64,000 nt of DNA from a bacterium (GTDB lineage Bacteria > RBG-13-61-14 > DATKZS01): positions 256,001 through 320,000 of the forward strand of contig CAXXFL010000004.1 of assembly GCA_963674965.2 (NCBI GenBank), given 5' to 3'. The translations under genes and the position numbers were made by a program. This document shows positions 30,201 through 39,413 of the stretch, piece by piece; within the stretch, counting starts at the first letter, position 1; every line of letters begins with the position of its first letter. The notes beneath the pieces are model-generated. The model made no database searches, was not told the DNA's origin, and saw only the letters and a program-made list of their open reading frames with translations.

Positions 30201-33068
30201 GGACACGAGCTGGTCCTGGCCGACGACGAGCGCTTCAACCTGGTGGACGGCCTGATGGTCAAATGGACCGCCTCCATGGACTCGGCGGAGGACGGGTCCA
30301 CCGAGCAGGACGGCGTTTACCTGGACGACGTTTTAATCACGGCCATCGATCCGCCGCCCGACTCCTTCACCCCGGTCTTCGACACCCGCGACGGCCAGGG
30401 CACCTATATCACGCGCCTTAAAACCTATAAGCCGGGGTTGGCAACGGTGACGGCCATCTACACTCCCCGCGACGTCGACCCGCTTGGAGACGACAAGATC
30501 GTGTTCGGTGACCCCGAGGTCCTGATGCCGGTGAACGTTCACAAGGCCGAGCCCAACTCGATCGAGGTCTTGCCCAACTCCTTTACGATCAAGGCCTGCC
30601 AGTCGATGAAGGTCAAGGTGGTGGGCAGGTACCAGGACACCCCGGCCGGACAGGTCCGGGACTTGACCAAGTTCTTCACCTTCGACGTGGACGGGCCGGC
30701 CAGGGAAACCGCGCCCGGCGAGATAACCGCCGACTGTTTCCTGGGCGGAGACACGGTCCACATCGAGATATTCGCCAAGCCCCTGGTCGAGGGCCTTTAC
30801 GACCCGGGAGGGGGAGGATCGGGCGCGCAGACGGGAGACGTGTCGGGCAGGGTATACAAGCCGACCTTCGCCGGCGCCGGCGACGCGCCCATCTGGCTGG
30901 ACGTGGGCGGCGGCGACATTATCTACTCTCACACCGACTCGCAGGGGTTCCTGTTTTTCAACGACGTTCCCGCCGGGTCGGGCTACACTATCAAGTCTTC
31001 CCTCGAGGGCTATACCGAGAATTCCAAGACCATAACGGTCAACGCGGGCTCGAACACCTCGACCAGCATCATCCTTTTGTCGGGGACCAACTTCGACGCC
31101 GACGGCCAGTCGGACTCCCTGGACACGGACAAGGACGGCGACGGCGTGACCGACTCGGAGGAAAGCTCCAACGGTTCCTCCAGCTATGACCCTGACAGCG
31201 ACGGTGACGGCGTGCCCGACGGGGAGGACGAGATGCCCGACGACCCGTACGAGTCGCTGGACACGGACGGGGACGGTATCGGGAACAACGCGGACACCGA
31301 CGACGACGGCGACGGCCTGTCGGACTCGGAGGAGGAGTCTCCCGGCTCGGACGGCTATATAACCGACCCTCTCGATCCCGACACCGACGGCGGGGGGGAG
31401 GACGACGGGTCCGAGTACTCCGGTGGCCGGGACCCGACCGACGACTCGGACGACCTCGAGCCCGACTCCGACGGCGACGGCATCGGCGACTCTTACGAGA
31501 CCGACACGGGGGTTTACGTGAATCCGACCGACACCGGCTCGGACCCGGACGACGCGGACAGCGACGACGACGGGCTCGAGGACGGGGACGAGGTCTTGAC
31601 TTACTCGACCGACCCCAACGCGGCCGACTCCGACTCGGACCTTCTCGAGGACGACGTGGAGGTCGGATGGTGCACGGACGCCAACCTGGCCGACACCGAC
31701 GGCGACGGCCTTGACGACGGGCTCGAGGACGCCGACGGCGACGGGACGGTGGACGCGGGCGAGACCGATCCTTGCGACTCCGACTCGGACGGCGACGACA
31801 TACCGGACGGGTACGAGGTCCTGCACGGTCTGAGCGCCCTGGTGGACGACGCGGCCGGGGACCTCGACGGGGACAGCCTCACCAACCTGGCCGAGTACGC
31901 CTATCAGACCGCGGCCGACGACCCGGACGGCGACGGCGACGGCATGGACGACGGCTGGGAGGTCATGTTCGGAATGACCTGCGGCATGGACCCGACGGTA
32001 GGGGACTCGGCCGGTGACCTGGACGGCGACGGCCTTTCCAACCTCTCCGAGTACGCCGCGGGGGCCGATCCCTGCGACCCGGACACGGACGACGACGGGC
32101 TCTGCGACGGGGCCACCTCCCTTTTCGACGGCATGACCCCCATATGCGTGGCCGGGGAGGACATGGACGGAGACGGCGTGGTCGATCCCACCGAGACCGA
32201 CCCGACCCTGGCCGACACCGACGGCGACGGCCTGGACGACCCGGGCGAGATCGACGCGGGGACCGACCCGCGCGACTGGGACACGGACGACGACTACCTG
32301 CCGGACTGGTACGAGTTGGATAACGCGGGCCGGACGACGGACCCCCTCGATCCGCTCGACCCGAGCGACGGCCTCACGGCGGACTTCGACTCCGACGGCA
32401 ACCCCAACTGCCACGAGTACTGGAACGGGACCGACCTGTGGACCGAGAACGTGGACGGCGGCACGGGCTGTTTCTGCTGGGCCGACTCGGGCAGCACCGT
32501 CTCGGCCGACGGCATCATCTCTCCCCTCGACGTGAGCGCCCTCAGTTCCCGCGTTTCTCTTAAGAGCGTTTCCTATACCGGGATACTCCCCAATAACGGC
32601 GACTCCCAGGAACTGGACATGGACGAGATCATCTCGCCCCTGGACCTTAGCGTCCTCAAGCAGATGGTCGCCCTTCAAACGACCGCGGGCAACCCGAGCA
32701 TACCGGTCGAGATCGAACTGGTGGGGTCATCCACCATAACGGCGGACGTCGGGTCTACCGTGGGCATAACGGTGGGGGTGAAAAACGCGACGAAATACTC
32801 GGCGGCCTTCGGCGTGATCTTCAAGATCGACGAGTCGTCCTCGACCGGAAGCGCCCACCTTCTCGGGGGAGAAGGCGAGGCCGGTGGGGGAAGATACGAC
32901 GTCTCGGGCGCCATCGCCTCGGGTGGAAGGTCGTCGGTCACGGTCAGCGTCGAGGCGGCCGGGACCGTTTACGTAGACGTTACGCTGCCCGGATGCGGCG
33001 AGGACGGCAAAGGGAGGTATTTCCCGGGGCTGGCCGAGGATGGGCTGGTCACGATCATAGCTCAATAA
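27300..33068 (+). CDS. Giant secreted protein A (1922 aa): cohesin-like, dockerin-like, GxDG..GDD repeats, Ig-like/beta-sandwich, carboxypeptidase-regulatory-like, TSP3-type DxDxDG repeats, C-terminal dockerin-like
   Basis: Sec signal ending AGA; motifs VEVSVVVD..ISYDPSAL..LFYLRFEV, DLDGNG..DAVRL, many DTDGDG repeats, twin IISPLD. Confidence 0.8.
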   Translation: MSNRSIKSVLILLALAASALASFSAGAMDIYVDGPGVPPLLQPGDEVEVSVVVDVDSYKLGYYKVPISYDPSALMLKEIRKGDDPEFTMPAAADAPYLDNLFVWDENNGANGCSSTGSITLFYLRFEVRKTAPFSNLSSVKLAAGVELESCSSDDLTSGLPIYPWGDVEIRIKDFEAGADGINNFMDLDGNGSPTELDAVRLRKILERNVLDGETDLLNVDARNCDIKGNALLDQYDLGRFDALVRPVRSIHAGPDGICQSEAQGDDVQEIPVGQGSPLSLVIEPGFNFILDSIPSGDDVVSGRMILSGPDGIAQSAALGDDKRRIAAGAGLPKGLCISPGPDQELQSDPASDDVEVEDPKNYLNMASMVPQPGNPEALVLISPSQNPYTLDRVGFVPITAAVVDTNGKPKTGMSPTFTITGGNGYLVDGSTSGASSISNVQTDKFIGKDGQALGQATVILAAASGVNQVTVTLPGDSAKGIPDLAPLVVTVEVLGAGVYHVDSVQVLSGATSVWAGDSVNIAIRLMDGLEPIHGVADRIQVVTDRNIMNGMSFSGFDDFESQAITFDRFEGSFGSWTHNAGNGSLVVNSETPGYFGNYSVKASDAGGTAPTMYRAISTNGYRDLSVSYQWAFQRATVPRYDVHFKTEYSLDGSSWRILRDVTGFADLLGGTREWMYENFNLEGVEEANGSTIHLKFTFDVGTTTATQYLFLDNVAVSGVKTIMDEDFEDYSIGQFPDSMMAVNYLNSGKNGVLETAAVDDDLYQFTPGGGQPNATIIYAGLDNVLDTTPLGDDTVESALSINAGLDGIADSYAQDDDFQEIPPGQGKPFARAIIPGPDRVLDTLAPQGDDQVVGTSGPSPRIAVDSTIGHFTGGGQGHNGSDKFLFVGRAASGETVEYYSVGVQMDARGTDAVKIEWYSQTYKQADPGQGVEGKPAQEFAVEVSDNGGKSWVRVWDNAGFEEVGWHGHELVLADDERFNLVDGLMVKWTASMDSAEDGSTEQDGVYLDDVLITAIDPPPDSFTPVFDTRDGQGTYITRLKTYKPGLATVTAIYTPRDVDPLGDDKIVFGDPEVLMPVNVHKAEPNSIEVLPNSFTIKACQSMKVKVVGRYQDTPAGQVRDLTKFFTFDVDGPARETAPGEITADCFLGGDTVHIEIFAKPLVEGLYDPGGGGSGAQTGDVSGRVYKPTFAGAGDAPIWLDVGGGDIIYSHTDSQGFLFFNDVPAGSGYTIKSSLEGYTENSKTITVNAGSNTSTSIILLSGTNFDADGQSDSLDTDKDGDGVTDSEESSNGSSSYDPDSDGDGVPDGEDEMPDDPYESLDTDGDGIGNNADTDDDGDGLSDSEEESPGSDGYITDPLDPDTDGGGEDDGSEYSGGRDPTDDSDDLEPDSDGDGIGDSYETDTGVYVNPTDTGSDPDDADSDDDGLEDGDEVLTYSTDPNAADSDSDLLEDDVEVGWCTDANLADTDGDGLDDGLEDADGDGTVDAGETDPCDSDSDGDDIPDGYEVLHGLSALVDDAAGDLDGDSLTNLAEYAYQTAADDPDGDGDGMDDGWEVMFGMTCGMDPTVGDSAGDLDGDGLSNLSEYAAGADPCDPDTDDDGLCDGATSLFDGMTPICVAGEDMDGDGVVDPTETDPTLADTDGDGLDDPGEIDAGTDPRDWDTDDDYLPDWYELDNAGRTTDPLDPLDPSDGLTADFDSDGNPNCHEYWNGTDLWTENVDGGTGCFCWADSGSTVSADGIISPLDVSALSSRVSLKSVSYTGILPNNGDSQELDMDEIISPLDLSVLKQMVALQTTAGNPSIPVEIELVGSSTITADVGSTVGITVGVKNATKYSAAFGVIFKIDESSSTGSAHLLGGEGEAGGGRYDVSGAIASGGRSSVTVSVEAAGTVYVDVTLPGCGEDGKGRYFPGLAEDGLVTIIAQ
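32328..32738 (+). repeat. 411-bp exact direct repeat, copy 1
   Basis: No mismatch found by eye against 38497-38907. Confidence 0.9.
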
Positions 33069-33120
33069 GGATTGAGTTCGGCATTTTTCTGGTCCCCGAG
33101 TGGGGAGGGGAGGAACGGCC

Positions 33121-36100
33121 ATGAGAATCGCGAGGACGATTTGGTTGGCCGCGTGCTTATTGGCCGCGGCCTGGACGGTATTCGCGGGCCAAGACGCGCG
33201 CGCCAAAAGTCTTTACATCGACGACTCGGCGGCCCCGGCCTCGGCCGGTCCCGGCGTCGAGTTCGAGGTGGCCGTCAACGTGGACATGGAATACGACACC
33301 CTCAAAAGTTATTCCATTCCCGTTTTCTATGACAGGACGGCCCTCGAGTTCATGAGCGCCAGGTCCGGTTCCGACCAGGAACTCGCGGCCCCCATCGCGG
33401 CTGACGGCTACTACTACGGTTACATCGAGACTCAGGACCAGTCGAACTACGCCCAGTCCTGTTCCTCGACCGGGCTTATCACCCTCATGTATCTTAAGTT
33501 CAGGATCCTGCCCGAGGCGGCCCCCGGCTATGGCGCCTATATTTACGTCGGCGACAGCGTGGAGTTGATCGACTGCTACAATGAGGACCAGACCCAGAGC
33601 CTGCCGCCCTGGCCCTGGGACGGCGCGACCGTTCTGGTGGCGGGCCCTCCCATCGGCTCCTACGGGGTAAATAACTTCATGGACCTCGACGGCGACGCCG
33701 CTCCCGACGAAACCGACGCCGAGACCCTGAGAAAAATCGTCTACAACCTGGTGGGCACGAACGAGTTGGGACTGTTGAGCGTCAACGCCAGGAACTGCGA
33801 CGTCAACGGAAACGCCGTGGCCGACGCCTACGACGTGGGCCGGTTCGACGCTCTTATCCGGCCGGTCCGGACCATCCACTCGGGAGACGACGGCCTGTGT
33901 CAGAGCCAGGCCCAGGGCGACGACGTCCAGGACGTCGAGGTGGGAAACGGCCTGCCCAACTCGCTGGGCGTGGGTCCCGGCTTCAACTGCGTGATCGACA
34001 CCTCGCCCTCCGGCGACGACGTCCTCTCCGGCAACCGCGTGTTGACCGGACTCAACGGGGTCTGCGAGACCGTGGCCCAGGGAGACGACGAACAGATAAT
34101 CCCCTACCAGGCCGGCTCGCCCCGGGGCCCGTGCGTTTCGCCCGGCCCCGACCAGACCCTGTCCACCGGGACCTCGGTGGACGACCAGATGGTGGAGGAC
34201 CCCAAGACCTATCTGGACATGCTCGACTTCGCCCCCGCCAAGGGAAACCCCTATTACATGGAGTTGATCGAGCCCGGCTCGACCGTGTACATGAGCTCGC
34301 CCAGGCCCACGCCCATCACCGTGGCCATCTACGACGAGAACGGCAAGCCCAAGACCGGCCTGTCGCCCATCTTCAGCGTCGAGAACACCAGCGGGGCCTT
34401 TCTTGACGGTTCCTCCACCGGGACCACCTACCTCAGCAACGTCGAGTCCGACTCTTACCAGGGACCCGAGGCCAAGGCCGAGGGACAAATCACGGTCATG
34501 TTCCTTCCCGGTACCGCAAACAACGGCTTGAACGTGGTCCAGATATATCTGCCCGGCGACTCGAGCAAGGACATACCCGATCTCGGGCCCCTTTACGCCA
34601 CCTTTAAGGTGTTCGATCAGCCCGAAAGGCATCCCACGCATCTTGCGATTTCGGCTCCTTTCCCCAGCGTGAACGTGGGCGAGGAGACGGAGCTTATCCT
34701 TACGCTCACGGACGGGTCCTATCCGGTGCACGGCATGGCGGACAGGATAAAGCTGACCTCGCGCCGGAACGTCCTGGCCGGCCAGGACCTGGCCAAGTTC
34801 GGCGACAGGCGCGTCACCACCCTGGCCCTCGAGGACTTCGAGAACCAGTCCTTTGGCGGTTTCCTTAACTACCCGGTGAGCGGCGAGCTGGCAATCGACT
34901 CGGACAAGGCCGGCTACTTCGGACATTACGCGGTCAGGGCGACCCACGAGACCGGGGGCGGGCCCTACATGGAGGCGTCCTATAACACCTCCGGGTACGA
35001 TGAAATACACGTTTCCTACCAGTGGGCCTTTCAACAGAACCTGAGCTTGCCCGTTTTCGACGCGCCCTTCATCGTCCAGTACTCGGACAACGGCAGCAAC
35101 TGGCGGGTCCTCAGAAAGGCCGACTCCTACGAGGACTACCAGGGAGGAAACGGCAAGTGGATTTCCGAGAGCTTTAACCTTTCCAATATCGAGGGGGTAA
35201 ACGACAACGTTTTATACCTCCGCTTCCTTTTCAACGTCGGGGCGGGGGATGGATACCCTCAATCCATATTCGTGGACAACGTCGGGATATACGGGGTAAA
35301 GACCATATTCGAGGAGGACTTCGAGAGCTACTCGGCCAACTATTTCCCCGGCGACACCCTCATGCTCATGAACTTCGTCAACTCCGGCGCCGACGGAATA
35401 CTGGACACTACTCCCCTGGCCTCGGACGACGCTCTTTTCGGACAGGGATACGGCAAGCCCAACTCGACCATCATCATCGGCGGCCTTAACGGCGTTATCG
35501 ACACCATGAGCGCCAACGACGACGTGGGAGGGGGCTTCGCGGTGACCTCCGGTCCCGACGGGGTGGCCGACACCTACGCCCAGGGCGACGACTTCCAGGT
35601 CATCGGCTACGGGGAGGGCGAGCCTTTCGCCCGGGCCATAGCTCCCGGCTCGGACCAGGCTCTGGACTCGACGAGCGTTTTGGGCGACGACCAGCTTGTG
35701 GGTTCCCTTGGCTCCAGGCCCCGGATCGAGGTCGTCTCGGACGTATATCCTTCCATAGGCCCCGGCCTGGGAGCTAACGGCTCGGACAAATTCCTTTTCA
35801 TCGGGCGCGAATATGACGGCTCGACCATCGAGACTTATTCCGCCGGCGTCCAGGCGGACCTGGCCGGTTACGACCAGGTCGAGCTCGAGTTCTACATCCT
35901 GTGTCCCAACCAGGCCGACGCGGGCGTTCCCAGCCAGGTCCCGCCCGTTCCGGCGCAGGAGACGGCCGTCGAGGTCAGCGACAACGGCGGCCATTCCTGG
36001 GTCAGGGTATGGGACAACGAGGGCTCGAACTCCGCTACCTGGTCCCGGCATGAGATCGTTCTCCAGGACGACGGCCGCTTCAACCTGACCGACGACCTGC

Positions 36101-39100
36101 TCATCCGGTGGGTGGCCACCATGGACGGGGCGGAAAGCGGCCCCGACCCGGACGGCGTTTACCTTGACAATATTAAAATCAAGGCCGTCGATCCCCTCCC
36201 CGACCGGTTCGGGCCGGTGGTGGACACGCTCGATTACAACGGGACCTACAAGGTCAAGATGAAGTCGAGCCTGGCCGGCTCGGCCGAGGTCTCGGCCATT
36301 TACTGGCCCGAGGTGGTTGACCACTCCCTCGGCGACGCGCCCGTTTTCGGCTCATCCGTCGCCAGCGTCCTCGTCAACCAATTAAAGGCGGACCCCCACA
36401 CGACCAAGCTCATTCCTTCCAGTTTCGAGTTCAAGGCCTGCGAGAGCAAAGAGTTCATGGTGGTGGGCGCCCTGACCACGACCCCCACCGGCCGGGTCGA
36501 GGACCTGACCGAGTATTACGACCTCAAGGTGGTGGGACCGGCCCGACAGACGGCCCCCGGCGTGGTGACGGCCGACTGTTTCCTGGGGGACGACAAGGTG
36601 GATATCTTCATTTTCGCCGAGCCCAACGTGGAGGGGCTATACGACCCGGGAGGAGGAGGATCGGGGTCCCAGACGGGCGACGTGTCGGGACGCGTATACA
36701 AGCCGACCTTCGCCGGCGCGGGGGACGCCCCCATCTGGCTGGACATAGGCGGCGGAGACGTCATCTATTCCCATACCGACTCGCAGGGGTTCCTCTTTTT
36801 TGGCGACGTGCCGGCGGGATCGGGCTACACGATAAAGTCGTCGCTCGAGGGTTACACCCAGAACTCGAAGACCATCACGGTCAACGCCGGGTCCAACACC
36901 TCGACCAGCATTATCCTGCAGTCGGGGGCCAACTTCGATGGGGACGCGCTTTCGGACTCGCTGGACACGGACAAGGACAATGACGGCGTTACCGACTCGG
37001 CCGAGTCGGGAGAGGGCTCGTCCAACTACGATCCCGACACCGACGGGGACGGCCGACCCGACTCGAGCGACGACTTCCCCAACGACCCTGACGAGTGGCT
37101 GGACACGGACGGGGACGGCACGGGCGACAACTCGGACACGGACGACGACGACGACGGTATTTCGGACTCGGAGGAGAGCGTTCCCGGCACGGACGGCTAC
37201 GTTACCGATCCTCTCGACCCGGACACGGACGGCGGGGGAGAGGAGGACGGCTCCGAGGTAAGCGGAAGCCGTGACCCGACGGACGACTCGGACGACTCGG
37301 GAGGTGACTCCGACTCGGACGGATTGATAGACGACTACGAGACCGACACGGGCACGTACGTGGGGCCCCAGAACACGGGATCGGACCCCTACGACTCGGA
37401 CAGCGACGACGACGGCCTGACGGACGGGGCCGAGGTCAACACCCACGAGACGGACCCGAACGAGGCGGACACGGACTCGGACGGCGTTTTCGACGACGTC
37501 GAGACCTCGGGCTGCATGGACCCGAACCTGGCCGACACGGACGGCGACGGCCTTAACGACGGGGTCGAGGACGGGGACACGGACGGGGTGGTGGACTCGG
37601 GCGAGACCGACCCCTGCGACGCGGACAGCGACGACGACGGGATACCCGACGGCTACGAGGTCCAGCACGGGTTGTCGGTCCTGGCCAACGACGCCGCCGG
37701 AGACCTTGACGGCGATTCCCTTACCAACCTGGCCGAGTACGGCTCCGGTACATCGGCCGACGACGCGGACAGCGACGACGACGGCATGGGCGACGGCTGG
37801 GAGGTCAAGGCCTCCTCCTGCGGTCTCGATCCCCTGGCGGGAGACTCGAGCTCGGACGCCGACGCCGACGGTCTCAAGAACCTTTACGAATACGTTCTGG
37901 GCGCCGATCCCTGCGACCACGACACCGACGGGGACGGGTTCTGCGACGGGGACACGGCCACGTACGACGGGGACACGGTCCTTTGCGTCGCGGGCGAGGA
38001 CATGGACGATGACGGGGTCCGCGACTCGGACGAGACGGACGCGACCAAGGCCGACACCGACGGCGACGGGCTTTGCGACGGCGACACCTCGGTGTACGAC
38101 GGCTCGACGCTGATCTGCTCTCGGGGGGAGGACCTTGACCGGGACAAGACGGTGGACCCGACCGAGACGGACCCGACGGTTTACGACACGGATGAGGACG
38201 GCCTCAGCGACGGCGTCGAGTACGGCCGCTCGACCGACCCCAGGGATTGCGACTCCGACGACGACGGGCTTTGCGACGGCGACGCCTCGGTGTACGACGG
38301 CTCGACCCTGATATGCTCGAGCGGCGAGGACCTGGACGGCGACGGCGCGGTCGACCCGGGCGAGACCGACCCGATGGACCCGGACACGGACGACGACGGC
38401 CTTAACGACGGGGAGGAATCGAATTACGGAGCCGATCCTCTGGACTGGGACACCGACGACGACGAGATACCCGACTATTACGAGGCGCTCAACTACGGCC
38501 GGACGACGGACCCCCTCGATCCGCTCGACCCGAGCGACGGCCTCACGGCGGACTTCGACTCCGACGGCAACCCCAACTGCCACGAGTACTGGAACGGGAC
38601 CGACCTGTGGACCGAGAACGTGGACGGCGGCACGGGCTGTTTCTGCTGGGCCGACTCGGGCAGCACCGTCTCGGCCGACGGCATCATCTCTCCCCTCGAC
38701 GTGAGCGCCCTCAGTTCCCGCGTTTCTCTTAAGAGCGTTTCCTATACCGGGATACTCCCCAATAACGGCGACTCCCAGGAACTGGACATGGACGAGATCA
38801 TCTCGCCCCTGGACCTTAGCGTCCTCAAGCAGATGGTCGCCCTTCAAACGACCGCGGGCAACCCGAGCATACCGGTCGAGATCGAACTGGTGGGGTCATC
38901 CACCATATCGGCCCAGGTGGGGTTCACCTGCCGGATAACGGTGGGAGTGCTAAACGCCTCGTCCAACTACACGGCCGCCATGGGCGTGATCTTCGAGCTT
39001 GACGGGGACAGCTCGACCGGCGACGCGGTGATACTCGGCGGCGAGGGGGGCGCGGGGGAAGGACGATACGACGTCTCGGGCGCCATCGCCTCGGGAGGAC

Positions 39101-39240
39101 GCTCGAGCGTGGTCCTCAGGATCGAGAGCGCGGGCACTATTTTCGTGGACGCCCGGCTTCCCGGATGCGGCTCGGGCGGAAAGGGACGCTACAGTCCCGG
39201 CGTGGCCAAAGCACGGGTGGCGACGGTTACCGCCGATTGA
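33121..39240 (+). CDS. Giant secreted protein B, full-length paralog of protein A
   Basis: Same domain order as A; signal MRIARTIWLAACLL...ARA; GGAGG RBS precedes ATG 33121. Confidence 0.8.
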   Translation: MRIARTIWLAACLLAAAWTVFAGQDARAKSLYIDDSAAPASAGPGVEFEVAVNVDMEYDTLKSYSIPVFYDRTALEFMSARSGSDQELAAPIAADGYYYGYIETQDQSNYAQSCSSTGLITLMYLKFRILPEAAPGYGAYIYVGDSVELIDCYNEDQTQSLPPWPWDGATVLVAGPPIGSYGVNNFMDLDGDAAPDETDAETLRKIVYNLVGTNELGLLSVNARNCDVNGNAVADAYDVGRFDALIRPVRTIHSGDDGLCQSQAQGDDVQDVEVGNGLPNSLGVGPGFNCVIDTSPSGDDVLSGNRVLTGLNGVCETVAQGDDEQIIPYQAGSPRGPCVSPGPDQTLSTGTSVDDQMVEDPKTYLDMLDFAPAKGNPYYMELIEPGSTVYMSSPRPTPITVAIYDENGKPKTGLSPIFSVENTSGAFLDGSSTGTTYLSNVESDSYQGPEAKAEGQITVMFLPGTANNGLNVVQIYLPGDSSKDIPDLGPLYATFKVFDQPERHPTHLAISAPFPSVNVGEETELILTLTDGSYPVHGMADRIKLTSRRNVLAGQDLAKFGDRRVTTLALEDFENQSFGGFLNYPVSGELAIDSDKAGYFGHYAVRATHETGGGPYMEASYNTSGYDEIHVSYQWAFQQNLSLPVFDAPFIVQYSDNGSNWRVLRKADSYEDYQGGNGKWISESFNLSNIEGVNDNVLYLRFLFNVGAGDGYPQSIFVDNVGIYGVKTIFEEDFESYSANYFPGDTLMLMNFVNSGADGILDTTPLASDDALFGQGYGKPNSTIIIGGLNGVIDTMSANDDVGGGFAVTSGPDGVADTYAQGDDFQVIGYGEGEPFARAIAPGSDQALDSTSVLGDDQLVGSLGSRPRIEVVSDVYPSIGPGLGANGSDKFLFIGREYDGSTIETYSAGVQADLAGYDQVELEFYILCPNQADAGVPSQVPPVPAQETAVEVSDNGGHSWVRVWDNEGSNSATWSRHEIVLQDDGRFNLTDDLLIRWVATMDGAESGPDPDGVYLDNIKIKAVDPLPDRFGPVVDTLDYNGTYKVKMKSSLAGSAEVSAIYWPEVVDHSLGDAPVFGSSVASVLVNQLKADPHTTKLIPSSFEFKACESKEFMVVGALTTTPTGRVEDLTEYYDLKVVGPARQTAPGVVTADCFLGDDKVDIFIFAEPNVEGLYDPGGGGSGSQTGDVSGRVYKPTFAGAGDAPIWLDIGGGDVIYSHTDSQGFLFFGDVPAGSGYTIKSSLEGYTQNSKTITVNAGSNTSTSIILQSGANFDGDALSDSLDTDKDNDGVTDSAESGEGSSNYDPDTDGDGRPDSSDDFPNDPDEWLDTDGDGTGDNSDTDDDDDGISDSEESVPGTDGYVTDPLDPDTDGGGEEDGSEVSGSRDPTDDSDDSGGDSDSDGLIDDYETDTGTYVGPQNTGSDPYDSDSDDDGLTDGAEVNTHETDPNEADTDSDGVFDDVETSGCMDPNLADTDGDGLNDGVEDGDTDGVVDSGETDPCDADSDDDGIPDGYEVQHGLSVLANDAAGDLDGDSLTNLAEYGSGTSADDADSDDDGMGDGWEVKASSCGLDPLAGDSSSDADADGLKNLYEYVLGADPCDHDTDGDGFCDGDTATYDGDTVLCVAGEDMDDDGVRDSDETDATKADTDGDGLCDGDTSVYDGSTLICSRGEDLDRDKTVDPTETDPTVYDTDEDGLSDGVEYGRSTDPRDCDSDDDGLCDGDASVYDGSTLICSSGEDLDGDGAVDPGETDPMDPDTDDDGLNDGEESNYGADPLDWDTDDDEIPDYYEALNYGRTTDPLDPLDPSDGLTADFDSDGNPNCHEYWNGTDLWTENVDGGTGCFCWADSGSTVSADGIISPLDVSALSSRVSLKSVSYTGILPNNGDSQELDMDEIISPLDLSVLKQMVALQTTAGNPSIPVEIELVGSSTISAQVGFTCRITVGVLNASSNYTAAMGVIFELDGDSSTGDAVILGGEGGAGEGRYDVSGAIASGGRSSVVLRIESAGTIFVDARLPGCGSGGKGRYSPGVAKARVATVTAD
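38497..38907 (+). repeat. 411-bp exact direct repeat, copy 2
   Basis: Identical to 32328-32738 at offset 6169. Confidence 0.9.
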
Positions 39241-39265
39241 CGGATATGGAAGAAGAATATGGTCG

Positions 39266-39303
39266 ATTCCAGCCGGCCTCGAGGGGTCGGCTGGAATTTT
39301 TTT
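39266..39303 (+). terminator. Intrinsic terminator ending the barrel/giant-protein operon
   Basis: Stem ATTCCAGCCGGCC...GGTCGGCTGGAAT followed by a T run. Confidence 0.8.
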
Positions 39304-39413
39304 CTCTAAAGTGGAATAATATAAACGGAAGAGCGGCCCAACGCCCTTCAGCCGGTCCAAGGCGGATGAGCGAGTCGTTTACACGGGGACTTCAAAAGGA
39401 ACGCGCTGGCGGC

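Noticed and set aside
32700-33068. Classical T9SS CTD or PEP-CTERM/MYXO-CTERM sorting signal
   Set aside because: No recognisable CTD consensus and no C-terminal TM plus basic tail; an HMM scan would be needed to exclude a remote match.
32328-38907. Diversity-generating retroelement TR/VR pair
   Set aside because: The copies are identical with no adenine-specific mismatches, both are coding, and no reverse transcriptase is in the window.
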